A DNA stretch of 64,000 nt. It comes from an uncultured Conexibacter sp. Lineage in GTDB: Bacteria > Actinomycetota > Thermoleophilia > Solirubrobacterales > Solirubrobacteraceae. The notes under the pieces were generated by a model, which saw nothing but the letters and a program-made list of their open reading frames with translations, had not been told where the DNA came from and ran no database searches. Positions 1-11,429 of the stretch are shown here, piece after piece (position 1 is the first letter of the stretch; each line of letters begins with the position of its first letter). The position numbers and the translations under genes were made by a program. Where the stretch lies: the NCBI GenBank assembly GCA_964525715.1, contig CAZGJV010000010.1:18567-82566 (forward strand), written 5' to 3'.

Positions 1-1236
1 GCCGGCCTCGCCTTCCCGACGACGCTCGCGCTGATCACCGCCCTGTGGTCGGGCGCCGGCCGCACGCGCGCGATCGCGCTGTGGTCGGGCATCGGCGGCG
101 CGATCTCGGCGCTCGGCCCGCTGATGTCAGGCGCGCTGCTGGAGCACTTCGACTGGGGCTCGGTCTTCTTCGCGACGCTGCCGCTCGCGCTGATCGCGCT
201 CGTGCTGGCGATCAAGCTGATCCCTGCGCACGTGAACGAGACGACCGACCCCGTCGACAACCTCGGCGGCATCCTGTCCGTGCTGCTCGTCGCGGCGCTC
301 GTGCTGGCGATTAACTTCGCGCCCGTGCCGAACAAGGGCGCGCTGGCGATCGGCCTCGGGCTGGTCGCGCTCGCGGCCGGCGTCGCGTTCGTGCTGCGCC
401 AGAAGCGCGCGGCCTCCCCCCTCTACGACCTCGACGTCGCGCGGCGGCGGATCTTCTGGGTCGCCGCCTGCGCCGGCGTGATCGTCTTCGGCTCGCTGAT
501 GGCGGCGATGTTCATCGGCCAGCAGTTCCTGCAGAACGTGCTCGGCTACTCGACGCTCGGCGCCGGCGCCTCGATCCTGCCGGCGGCCGCGCTGATGGTG
601 GTCGTCGCGCCGCGCTCGGCGAGACTCGTCGAGAGATACGGCGCGCGCTTCACGCTCCTGTTCGGCTACGTCTTCTGCCTGCTCGGCTTCCTCGCGATGC
701 TGCTGCTGTGGAAGGACGGCATCCCGTACTGGAAGGTGTTCATCGGCTACGCGCTGCTGGGGATCGGCGTCGGCCTCGCCGGCACGCCCGCCTCGCACTC
801 GCTGACCGGCTCGGTGCCGGTCAAGCGCGCCGGGATGGCGTCCGGCACCGCCGACCTCCAGCGCGACCTCGGCGGCGCGATCATGCAGTCGATCCTCGGC
901 GCGCTGCTGACGGCCGGCTACGCGGCCGCCTTCTCCAGAGCGATCGCCGGCTCGCCGAACGCCGGGCAGGTCAGCAGCGGCACGCAGGCGACGCTGGAGA
1001 AGTCGTTCGCGAGCGCGGCCGACCTCGCCCAGCAGCACCCGCAGTACTCGGACGCGATCCTGACGGCCGCCAAGTCCTCGTTCGTCTCCGGCGACAAGGC
1101 CGCGTTCAGCGCGGGGATCGTCGCCGTCCTGCTCGGCGCCACACTCGTCTTCTTCCGCTTCCCGAAACGGGAGCAGGAGCTGGCGCTGCTGGACCGGTAC
1201 CACGCCGAGGACACGGCGCCCGCACCGGCCGCCTGA
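1..1236 (+). CDS. MFS transporter, DHA2/EmrB-QacA family (5' truncated by the window)
   Basis: Frame is open from base 1 (AGLAFPTTLALITALWSG...). Multiple hydrophobic helices and the motifs WGSVFF, QFLQNVLGYS and RDLGGAI. Confidence 0.9.
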   Translation, partial: AGLAFPTTLALITALWSGAGRTRAIALWSGIGGAISALGPLMSGALLEHFDWGSVFFATLPLALIALVLAIKLIPAHVNETTDPVDNLGGILSVLLVAALVLAINFAPVPNKGALAIGLGLVALAAGVAFVLRQKRAASPLYDLDVARRRIFWVAACAGVIVFGSLMAAMFIGQQFLQNVLGYSTLGAGASILPAAALMVVVAPRSARLVERYGARFTLLFGYVFCLLGFLAMLLLWKDGIPYWKVFIGYALLGIGVGLAGTPASHSLTGSVPVKRAGMASGTADLQRDLGGAIMQSILGALLTAGYAAAFSRAIAGSPNAGQVSSGTQATLEKSFASAADLAQQHPQYSDAILTAAKSSFVSGDKAAFSAGIVAVLLGATLVFFRFPKREQELALLDRYHAEDTAPAPAA

Positions 1237-1246
1237 GGCAGCCGCG

Positions 1247-3118
<1,872 letters not shown>

Positions 3119-3159
3119 CCGGCCCATCGTAGGGGAGCGGGCGCCATGACAGCTCCCTT

Positions 3160-4350
3160 CTATGCGTAGGACTCCGAAGATCGCCGTGCGTCGGCAGCCC
3201 GCAGGCGAAGTCCCAGGATCGGGTAGATCGCCGTGGAGCAGATCGCCGCGAGGATCAGCGAGGCCGCCGTCGAGCTGCGCATGTGATGGTCCGCGACGGC
3301 GATCGTCGTGATCGCGACGACGAGCGGCAGCTCGGTCGCGCTGAACAAGGCCAGCGCCGCCCGCTCGCGCGCGTCGAGCACCTTGCGGTAGAGCAGCAGC
3401 GCGGGCGCGCCGCGCACGAGCAGGAACAGCGCCAGGAACAGCGGCACCTTCAAGAACTGGATCGGGTCGTCGGTCAGCGCCGAGAGGTTGACGGCGACGC
3501 CGCTGGCGACGAAGAAGAAGGGGATCAGGAAGCCGTAGCCGACCGCCGTCAGCTTGCTCTCGAGCACCTCGACCTCGTGCCCGCGCAGCGCCAGGCGGGT
3601 GATGATGCCGGCGACGAAGCCGCCGAGCAGCAGGTCGAGCCCGAGCGACGAGGCCAGCGCCGCCAGCGCGAAGACGATCACGACCGTCGCGCGGATCGCG
3701 AGCTGGCTGCTCGTCTCCAGCGTCCGCTCGAGCAGGTTCCAGCCGCGCCCCAGCGAGCGCACGGCGATCACGCCGGCGAGCACCGCGAGCGCGATGAAGG
3801 CGACCAGGATCGCCGCGTTCTCGGCTGCGCCCTTCGTCGAGAAGACGATCGTGATCAGCAGGATCGGGCCGAACTCGCCCATCGCGCCGGCGCCCAGCAT
3901 GTACGTGCCGAAGCGCGTTCTCAGCTCGTCGGCGTCGCGCAGGATCGGGATCAGCGTGCCGATCGCCGTCGTCGCGATCGCCGAGCCGGTGTAGAGCAGC
4001 GACACGACGATCCCGGCGAGCGCGAGCAGCCCGCCGACGGCATAGGCGAGCACGAGCGAGATCGCCCAGCCGAGCGCGGCGAGCCGCAGCGGCTCGCCGC
4101 GGATGCGCTCGAAGTCTATCTCGTAGCCGGCGAAGAAGAACAGCATGCCGAGCCCGAGGCTCGAGAAGAAGTCGACGAAGTCAGACGGGTGCGCGAGCCC
4201 CAGCACCTCCGGGCCGACGACGATCCCGAGCAGCAGCTCGAGCACGACCACCGGCACCACGAGGCGCTGCGCGATCAGCCCCGCCAGCAGCGCGGCGAGC
4301 ATCGCCACGACGACGATCGTCAGGAACGAGCCGGCGTCGACGCTCACCAC
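3160..4350 (-). CDS. Cation:proton antiporter (CPA2/KefB-like membrane domain)
   Basis: About 12 TM helices with [25 protein letters not shown] and [11 protein letters not shown]. Confidence 0.88.
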   Translation of the reverse strand: MVSVDAGSFLTIVVVAMLAALLAGLIAQRLVVPVVVLELLLGIVVGPEVLGLAHPSDFVDFFSSLGLGMLFFFAGYEIDFERIRGEPLRLAALGWAISLVLAYAVGGLLALAGIVVSLLYTGSAIATTAIGTLIPILRDADELRTRFGTYMLGAGAMGEFGPILLITIVFSTKGAAENAAILVAFIALAVLAGVIAVRSLGRGWNLLERTLETSSQLAIRATVVIVFALAALASSLGLDLLLGGFVAGIITRLALRGHEVEVLESKLTAVGYGFLIPFFFVASGVAVNLSALTDDPIQFLKVPLFLALFLLVRGAPALLLYRKVLDARERAALALFSATELPLVVAITTIAVADHHMRSSTAASLILAAICSTAIYPILGLRLRAADARRSSESYA

Positions 4351-4508
4351 CCGGCGATCCTAACGCGCGGCAGGACGCGAACTGGGGTGCGGACCCCATT
4401 GAGGCGCTGCGTGAGACGCCGATGATGTGACCGCGGCGCCAGGCCGGCCCTCCACGTCTTTCGGCCCGGCGCCCCACCTTCCCCATATCGATCCACGGAG
4501 GATCTCCC

Positions 4509-5849
4509 GTGTCCGAAGCGCATGCGCTTGCGGTCGCGCCCGCCCCTGCGGTCGCGCCCGTCGCCGCCCCGACCCCCGTCGCGCCCCCGCTCGTCCCGGC
4601 GTGCGTCGCCGTCGTCGGGCTCGGGTACGTCGGCCTGCCGACCGTGCTCGCGCTGCACGACGGCGGCGCCGACGTGATCGGTATCGACATCAGCGAGCGC
4701 CGCCTGCAGGCGATCCGCACACACGACGTGGACCTGCCCGACGGCGACGTCGCACGGCTGGGCAGAGCGCTCGGCGGCGAGCGGCTGCGGCTCGGATCGA
4801 GCCCGGCGGCGATCGCGGCCGCCGACGCGGTGATCGTCTGCGTCCCGACGCCGGTCGACGCGCAGCGCAAGCCCGACGAGCGGGCGCTGCGCGCCGCCTG
4901 CGCGGCTGTCGTGGAGCACGCCCGCCCGGGGCAGACGCTCGTGCTGACGTCCACGATCTCCGTCGGCTCGACGCGCGAGCTGCTGGTCGATCCGCTCGCC
5001 GAGCGCGCCCTGCAGGCGGGCCGCGACGTGGCCGTCGCGTTCGCGCCGGAACGGATCTTGCCGGGCGATCCGACGGTCGACCAGCACGCCGTCCCGCGCG
5101 TCGTCGGCGGCGCCACGCCGGACTGCGCCCACCGCGCGCGCCGGCTGCTCGCGCCCACGACGGCGCAGATCCACGTCGTCTCCTCGCTCGAGGCGGCCGA
5201 GCTGACGAAGCTCTACGAGAACACGTTCCGCGCCGTCAACCTCGCGTTCGCGAACGAGATGGCGGGCGTCTGCACGCACCTCGGGATCGACCCGGTCGAG
5301 ATCGTCGACGCGGCCGCGACGAAGCCCTACGGCTTCCTCGCCCACTACCCCGGGCCGGGCGTCGGCGGCCACTGCATCCCGGTCGACCCCTACTACCTGC
5401 TGGAGCCGCTGCGCGAGGCCGGCGTCGCGGCGCCGATCGCCGAGCAGGCGATGAAGGGGATCGCGGCGCGCCCGGCGGTCGTCGCGACGCGCGCGCTGAC
5501 GTTGCTGCGACTGCGCGGGATCGCCCCGCCGCAGGCGCGCGTGGTGATCGCCGGGATGGCCTACAAGCCGGGCGTCTCCGACGCGCGCGAGTCGCCCGGG
5601 CTCGCGATCGCGGAGAAGCTCGAGCGTGCCGGCGCGCAGGTCGCCTACCACGACCCGCGCGTCCCGGCGGTGCGCACGGCGGCCGGCACCAAGCTGCGCT
5701 CGCTCGCGCGGCCGACGCCCGCCGACGCCGACCTCGCGATCGTGACGGCGCTGCACGCCGACGCCGACCTGCGCTGGCTCGACGCCTTCGAGCACGTGCT
5801 CGACGCGACCTACCGCCTGCCGCTCGACGGTCCCCGCCACCTCGTCTGA
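4509..5849 (+). CDS. Nucleotide-sugar 6-dehydrogenase (UDP-GlcNAc/ManNAc dehydrogenase, WbpA/WecC-like)
   Basis: GLGYVGLP Rossmann motif, CVPTP, APERILPG, ENTFRAVNLAFANE, catalytic PGPGVGGHCIPVDP, YKPGVSDARESP. Confidence 0.92.
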   Translation: MSEAHALAVAPAPAVAPVAAPTPVAPPLVPACVAVVGLGYVGLPTVLALHDGGADVIGIDISERRLQAIRTHDVDLPDGDVARLGRALGGERLRLGSSPAAIAAADAVIVCVPTPVDAQRKPDERALRAACAAVVEHARPGQTLVLTSTISVGSTRELLVDPLAERALQAGRDVAVAFAPERILPGDPTVDQHAVPRVVGGATPDCAHRARRLLAPTTAQIHVVSSLEAAELTKLYENTFRAVNLAFANEMAGVCTHLGIDPVEIVDAAATKPYGFLAHYPGPGVGGHCIPVDPYYLLEPLREAGVAAPIAEQAMKGIAARPAVVATRALTLLRLRGIAPPQARVVIAGMAYKPGVSDARESPGLAIAEKLERAGAQVAYHDPRVPAVRTAAGTKLRSLARPTPADADLAIVTALHADADLRWLDAFEHVLDATYRLPLDGPRHLV

Positions 5850-5853
5850 GCCG

Positions 5854-7182
5854 ATGCCCCCGCCCCGTTTCGCCGACCGCGCGGCACGCGTCGCCGCCGC
5901 CGTCTACCTGGCCGTCCTGCTCGCCTTCGCCGTCGCCTACCACGGGCTGTGGTTCGGCGACGGCGGCAGCGACGTCGCGCTGATGGCCTACGGCCTGATC
6001 GTCGTCACGTACATCACGAGCCGCTTCCTGCTGTCGCTGCCCTACCGCCCGCCGCGCGACGCCGGCATCGAGCCGCACGTCGCGATCGTGATGCCGGCCT
6101 TCAACGAGGAGGAGGTGATCGCCCACTCGCTGCGCTCGCTGCTCGCGCTCGACTACCCGCCGGAGAAGCTCGAGCTGGTGGCCGTCAACGACGGCTCGAC
6201 CGACCAGACGCTTCAGCGGATGGTCGAGGTCGCCGACGAGGAGCCGCGCGTGCGCGTGATCGATCTCGGCTCCAACTGCGGCAAGCGCGCCGCGATGGCG
6301 GTCGGCATGCGCGCGACCGACGCGGAGATCCTCGCCTTCGTCGACTCCGACAGCAGCGTCGAGCCCGACGCGCTGCGCCGCCTCGTGCAGGGCTTCGCGG
6401 ACGAGCGCGTCGGCGCGATCTGCGGCCACGCCGACGTCGCCAACCCGGACGACTCCTGGCTCAGCCGCATGCAGGTCGTGCGCTACTTCGTCGCGTTCCG
6501 CGTCGTGAAGGCGGCCGAGTCGGTCTTCGCCTGCATCACCTGCTGCTCGGGCTGCTTCTCCGCCTACCGCCGCGCGGCGATCGTGCCGCACCTCGACACG
6601 TGGGAGCACCAGACGTTCTTCGGCTCGCCGGCGACGTTCGGCGACGACCGCGCGCTGACGAACCGCGTGCTGCGCGACTGGAAGGTGCTCTACGCCGCCG
6701 ACGCGATCTCGCACACGGCGGTGCCGACGAAGCTGCGCCAGTTCCTGCGCCAGCAGCTGCGCTGGAAGCGCTCGTGGACGCGCGAGTCGCTGATCCTGAT
6801 GGGCTTCGTGTGGCGCAAGCACCCGGTCGCGGCGCTGCAGGCGTACGCCGGCGTGCTGCTGTCGATCGTCGCGCCGATCGTGGCGCTGCGCGCGCTCGTG
6901 TGGCTGCCGCTCGTCGGCCACCGCGGCGTGCCGCTGATCTACGTCGCCGGCATCTACGCGATGGCACTCGCCTACGGCCTCTACTACGTCGTGCGCCAGC
7001 CGCGCTACGACTCGCGCTGGATCTACGGCGTCGTCTTCTGCTTCTTCTATCTCGCCTTCCTGCTGTGGCAGACGTACTGGGCGATCCTGACCGCGCGCAG
7101 CTCGGACTGGGGCACGCGCCCGGCGACCGCCACCGGCGCGGCGCCCACACCCCAGCCGACCGCGAACGAGGCCGGCGCATGA
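5854..7182 (+). CDS. Processive GT2 glycosyltransferase, hyaluronan synthase (HasA)/NodC-like
   Basis: Two N-terminal TM helices, VNDGS, GKRAAM, FVDSDS, CCSGCFSAYRR, FGDDRALTN, QQLRWKRSW, C-terminal TM helices ending WGTR. Confidence 0.88.
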   Translation: MPPPRFADRAARVAAAVYLAVLLAFAVAYHGLWFGDGGSDVALMAYGLIVVTYITSRFLLSLPYRPPRDAGIEPHVAIVMPAFNEEEVIAHSLRSLLALDYPPEKLELVAVNDGSTDQTLQRMVEVADEEPRVRVIDLGSNCGKRAAMAVGMRATDAEILAFVDSDSSVEPDALRRLVQGFADERVGAICGHADVANPDDSWLSRMQVVRYFVAFRVVKAAESVFACITCCSGCFSAYRRAAIVPHLDTWEHQTFFGSPATFGDDRALTNRVLRDWKVLYAADAISHTAVPTKLRQFLRQQLRWKRSWTRESLILMGFVWRKHPVAALQAYAGVLLSIVAPIVALRALVWLPLVGHRGVPLIYVAGIYAMALAYGLYYVVRQPRYDSRWIYGVVFCFFYLAFLLWQTYWAILTARSSDWGTRPATATGAAPTPQPTANEAGA

Positions 7183-7345
7183 GCCGCTGGCGGCGCGCGG
7201 CCGGCTTCGCGCTGATCCCCCTGTCGGCACTGCCGCTCGCGGCGGCCGCGCCCGTCATCGCGCCCTCGGCCGCCAAGCGGATCGCCGAGCTGCGCGGCCT
7301 GCCCCACCCCCATCCCACCCCCGTCTCGTCCCCCACCATCACCCT
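7179..7345 (+). pseudogene. Possible remnant of an exported/membrane protein gene (signal-peptide-like N-terminus only)
   Basis: ATG overlaps the GT2 stop (ATGA). MSRWRRAAGFALIPLSALPLAAAAP looks like a signal peptide, then runs into a C-rich tract and continues out of frame through glmS. Confidence 0.3.
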
Positions 7346-7363
7346 CGAAGGGAGCCCACGCGC

Positions 7364-9202
7364 ATGTGCGGCATCGTCGGTTACGTCGGACAGCGCCCCG
7401 CGCTCGAGCTGCTGCTCGGCGGCCTGGAGCGCCTGGAGTACCGCGGCTACGACTCTGCGGGCGTCGCCCTGCTCGACGCGGACGGCACGGCCGTGCGCGT
7501 GCGCAGCGTCGGCGGGATCGCGCAGCTGCGCGAGGCCGTCGCCGGGCACCCGCAGAGCGACGCGCTGCGCGTCGCGACGGCGGGGATCGGCCACACGCGC
7601 TGGGCGACGCACGGCCGCGTCAGCGAAGACAACGCGCACCCGCTGAGCGACGACGCGGGGCGCATCCAGATCGTCTTGAACGGGATCGTCGAGAACCACG
7701 CCGAGCTGCGCGCGCAACTCGAGGCCGAGGGCGCACACTTCGACTCCGACACCGACGCGGAGGTCGTCGCCCACCTCGTCGCCCAGACGCTGCATGCCGG
7801 CGGACTGGCGGAGGCGGTGCGCGCCACGCTGCCTCTGCTCAACGGCCATTTCGCGTTCGTCGCCGCCTCGCCGGAGCAGCCCGACACGCTCGTCGGCACG
7901 CGCCGCGCCTGCCCGCTGGTGGCCGGCCACGGCGAGGGCGAGCGCTTCCTCGGCTCCGCGCTCGTCGGCCTGCCGGGCGAGCTGGCCGGCGCGCACGCGA
8001 TCGAGGACGACGAGATCGTCGTGCTCGACGCGCACACGACGCAGGTGCTCGACGCGCGCGGGCGCGCGGTGCGCCCGCGCGGGCTCGCGCTCGCCGACCG
8101 GCAGGAGCGCGCGGTACTCGACGGCCACGAGTCGTTCACGCTCGCGGAGATCGAGGAGCAGCCGAAGGCGCTGCGGCGCACGCTGCGCGTCGCGCCGAGC
8201 GGGCCGGGCCTCGACGAGCTGCCGTGGGTGTCGCTGTGCGCGGCGCGCCGCATCTCGATCGTCGCGTGCGGCACGAGCTACCACGCCGGCCTCGTCGGCC
8301 GCCTGCTGCTGGAGCGCTGGGCGGGGCTGCGCGTCGAGGTCGACATCGCGTCCGAGTGGCGCCACCGCGACCCTGACGTCGCGCGCGGGGACCTCGTGCT
8401 GGGGATCACGCAGTCGGGCGAGACGGCCGACACGATCGGCGCGCTGCGGCTCGCGCGCGAGCGCGGCGCGCAGGTGCTCGCGCTGACGAACGTGCCCGGC
8501 TCGCAGGTTACGCGCGAGGCGAGCGCGGTGCTGCTGACCGACGCCGGCACGGAGGTCGGCGTCGCCGCGACGAAGACGTTCGTCACGCAGGTCGCGATGC
8601 TTGCGGCGCTCGCGCGCCAGCTCGGCGCCGCGCGCGGGATCCTCAGCGACCTCCAGGCGGACCGCCTCGACGACGAGCTGCAGCGGCTGCCGGCCGTCGT
8701 CGCGGCGGCGCGCGCGGCCGCCGAGCAGCCGATCGCGCGGGCGGCGGAGCGCTGGAGCCAGGAGCCGTTCTTCCTCTTCCTCGGGCGCCAGGCCGGGCTG
8801 CCGGTCGCGCTGGAGGGCGCACTGAAGCTGAAGGAGATCGCCTACATCCCCTGCGACGCCTACGCCGCCGGGGAGATGAAGCACGGCCCGATCGCGCTGC
8901 TGCGCGAGGGCACGCCGGTCGTCGTCGTCGCGACGCAATCGCCGGTGCTCGACAAGCTGCGCTCGAACGTCGCCGAGGTCAAGGCGCGCGGCGCGCACGT
9001 GCTGGCGATCGCGACCGAGGGCGCCGCCGGCGCGATCGCCGACGAAGCCGACGAGCTGGTGCTCGTGCCGGCGACCGACCCGCTGCTGTCCCCGATCCCG
9101 GCGATCGTGCCGCTGCAGCTGCTCGCGCACCGGATCGCCTGCGCGCGAGGCCTGGACCCCGACCGGCCCCGCAACCTCGCGAAGACGGTGACGGTCGAAT
9201 GA
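7364..9202 (+). CDS. glmS: Glutamine-fructose-6-phosphate aminotransferase
   Basis: MCGIVG N-terminus, LEYRGYDSAG, GHTRWATHG, ACGTSYHAG, QSGETADT, EGALKLKE, PRNLAKTVTVE. Confidence 0.97.
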   Translation: MCGIVGYVGQRPALELLLGGLERLEYRGYDSAGVALLDADGTAVRVRSVGGIAQLREAVAGHPQSDALRVATAGIGHTRWATHGRVSEDNAHPLSDDAGRIQIVLNGIVENHAELRAQLEAEGAHFDSDTDAEVVAHLVAQTLHAGGLAEAVRATLPLLNGHFAFVAASPEQPDTLVGTRRACPLVAGHGEGERFLGSALVGLPGELAGAHAIEDDEIVVLDAHTTQVLDARGRAVRPRGLALADRQERAVLDGHESFTLAEIEEQPKALRRTLRVAPSGPGLDELPWVSLCAARRISIVACGTSYHAGLVGRLLLERWAGLRVEVDIASEWRHRDPDVARGDLVLGITQSGETADTIGALRLARERGAQVLALTNVPGSQVTREASAVLLTDAGTEVGVAATKTFVTQVAMLAALARQLGAARGILSDLQADRLDDELQRLPAVVAAARAAAEQPIARAAERWSQEPFFLFLGRQAGLPVALEGALKLKEIAYIPCDAYAAGEMKHGPIALLREGTPVVVVATQSPVLDKLRSNVAEVKARGAHVLAIATEGAAGAIADEADELVLVPATDPLLSPIPAIVPLQLLAHRIACARGLDPDRPRNLAKTVTVE

Positions 9203-11055
9203 GGCGCTCGCTCATGCTGCTGCCGCTGCTCGCAGCGCTGCTGCTCGCCGCCGTGCCGGGATCGGCGGGCGCGGCCGCGAAGAAGCGCCCCGCGCGCCGC
9301 CCCGCGTGCGTCATGCCCAGCCGCCTCGCGTTCGCGCGCAAGGTCGGCCAGACGGTCGGCGTGCTGAGCTGGCACGCGAAGGGCAGCGCCACGCGCTGGC
9401 GCGTGACGCGCAACGGCCACACCGTCGGGCAGACCCATCACCACACGATGCGCATCGGGGTCGTGCTCGACCGCCCCTACCGCTTCGCGGTCGTCGCGCT
9501 GGACCGTAGAGGCCGCCGCACGCGCTGCGGCGTCGCGCGCCACGTCGACGTCGCCTACCAGCGACTCGGCGCGCCGCAGAGCCTCGCGATCGCCGGCAGC
9601 GAGCGCGGGATGAAGCTCGACTGGCTGCCGGGCGCGCGCGGCGACGGCAAGCTCGCCGGCTACCGGCTGCTGCGCGACGGCCAGCCGATGGGCCAGACGG
9701 CGGGCACGGCGTGGACGCTCGGCGCGATGCCGAACCACAGCTACCGCTTCGCGGTCGTCGCCGTCGACAGCCGCGGCCGCACGAGCGCGGCGAGCAACAC
9801 CGTCACGCTCGTGACCGGCCACGAGCCGCCGTCGTCACCGCAGAACGTGCAGGCGCTGTCCGTCTCGGAGTCGTCGATCGGGGCGCAGTGGGACGCGAGC
9901 AGCGTCGGCGCCGGCCGCATCGTCGGCTACCGCGTGCTGCGCGACGGCGCGGTCGTCGAGCAGGTCGGCGGCACCTCCGCCGTGCTCGACAACCTCGCGC
10001 CGAGCACCGCCTACGGCATCTCGGTCGTCGCGATCGACGGGCTCGGCTACCAGAGCGCGCCGTCACCTGTGGTGAGCGCGCGCACGCAGGACCCGGTCCC
10101 CACGACCGGCCACGCGCACGCCTATCTGCTCGCCTCCACCGACCAGAGCTTCACCGACTTCCGCGCCCACTACCGGCAGGTCGGCTACCTCTACCCGACG
10201 TACTTCGACTGCACGTCGGCGATGCAGCTCCGGGGCCAGGACGACCCGCTTGTGACGGGCTGGGCGCGGGCGCGCAGAGTGCTCGTGATGCCGCGCGTCA
10301 ACTGCCAGGGCACGGCGAGAGTGCACCAGATGCTGACCGACCCCGCGACACGCGCCTACTGGCTCGACACGATGGTCTCGCTCACGCAGACGTACGGCTA
10401 CGACGGCATCTCGCTCGACCTCGAGGCGGGGCCGGCGGCCGACCGCGCCGCACTGACGTCGTTCGTCGCCGAGCTGGCCGCGCGCCTGCACGCCGACGGC
10501 AAGCTGCTGTCGCTCGCCGCCTCCGCGAAGGCGTACGACTCCAGGACGCACCCGCGCTCGGGGATCTTCGACTACCCGCAGATCTCGCAGTCGGCCGACT
10601 TCGTGATCGTGATGGTGTGGGGCCTGCACTGGGCGACGTCGGCGCCGGGCGCGCAGGACGAGATCGGCTGGGCGACGAGCGTCGCGCACTACGTCGCGAC
10701 GATGCCGCTGCACCACAAGTTCGTCTACGGCACGAACCTCTACGCGATGGACTGGGCCGACGGCGGCGGCGCCGCGCACCCTGCCGACACCGAGCAGTAC
10801 GGCGACATCGTGCCGCGCTTCCCGCAGCTCGGCGCGGCCACCCAGCTCGACCCGACCGTCGACGGCAACCACGCCACATACACTGACGGCGGCGGCTCGC
10901 CGCACGACGTCTGGTATCCGGACGCGGGCACGACCGAGCACCGCATCCAGCTCGCGGACGACAACGGCTTCGGCGGCGTCGCCTTCTGGCGCCTGGGCAT
11001 GGAGGACCAGGGCGTCTGGAGCGACCCGCTGATCGCGCCGGGTGTTAGTTGGTGA
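9199..11055 (+). CDS. Secreted fibronectin type III repeat protein with a C-terminal GH18 glycoside hydrolase domain
   Basis: Signal peptide; repeated Fn3-type segments (YRFAVVA.D.RG, GYRLLRDG/GYRVLRDG); GH18 motif YDGISLDLE and C-terminal GGVAFWRLG. Confidence 0.82.
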   Translation: MRRSLMLLPLLAALLLAAVPGSAGAAAKKRPARRPACVMPSRLAFARKVGQTVGVLSWHAKGSATRWRVTRNGHTVGQTHHHTMRIGVVLDRPYRFAVVALDRRGRRTRCGVARHVDVAYQRLGAPQSLAIAGSERGMKLDWLPGARGDGKLAGYRLLRDGQPMGQTAGTAWTLGAMPNHSYRFAVVAVDSRGRTSAASNTVTLVTGHEPPSSPQNVQALSVSESSIGAQWDASSVGAGRIVGYRVLRDGAVVEQVGGTSAVLDNLAPSTAYGISVVAIDGLGYQSAPSPVVSARTQDPVPTTGHAHAYLLASTDQSFTDFRAHYRQVGYLYPTYFDCTSAMQLRGQDDPLVTGWARARRVLVMPRVNCQGTARVHQMLTDPATRAYWLDTMVSLTQTYGYDGISLDLEAGPAADRAALTSFVAELAARLHADGKLLSLAASAKAYDSRTHPRSGIFDYPQISQSADFVIVMVWGLHWATSAPGAQDEIGWATSVAHYVATMPLHHKFVYGTNLYAMDWADGGGAAHPADTEQYGDIVPRFPQLGAATQLDPTVDGNHATYTDGGGSPHDVWYPDAGTTEHRIQLADDNGFGGVAFWRLGMEDQGVWSDPLIAPGVSW

Positions 11056-11101
11056 TTTCGCCCGCCGGTGGTCGCAAGCGACCGCCTTCGGGCGACGTCA
11101 C

Positions 11102-11377
11102 CTACGCCGCGCGGCCGTAGCGCTCGGCCGCGCGCGCCTTCGCCTTCGCCGCCTCGACCTCGCGGTCCTTCGGCGGGGCGACCGTCGTCAGCTCGGCCAG
11201 CAGCTCGCGCGAGATCTCGGCGACCTGCTCGACCGCGCGCTCGAACGCCGCGGCGTTCGCCTGCGACGGTCTCGTGAAGCCGGAGATCTTGCGGACGTAC
11301 TGGAGCGCGGACGCGTAGATCTCGTCCTCGCTCGCCGGCGGATCGAAGTTGTGGAGGGTTCTGATGTTTCGGCACAT
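11102..11377 (-). CDS. DUF2277 family protein
   Basis: MCRNIRTLHNFDPPASEDEIYASALQYVRKISGF is the characteristic DUF2277 N-terminus. Confidence 0.85.
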   Translation of the reverse strand: MCRNIRTLHNFDPPASEDEIYASALQYVRKISGFTRPSQANAAAFERAVEQVAEISRELLAELTTVAPPKDREVEAAKAKARAAERYGRAA

Positions 11378-11429
11378 GCCCGCCATGGTAGGCGGCGTCG
11401 CCGCCCACGCCAAGCCGGCCGAGCGCCGT

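Noticed and set aside
7183..7363. Possible glmS ribozyme upstream of glmS
   Set aside because: No recognisable glmS ribozyme core; the region is a coding-like stub plus a C-rich tract.
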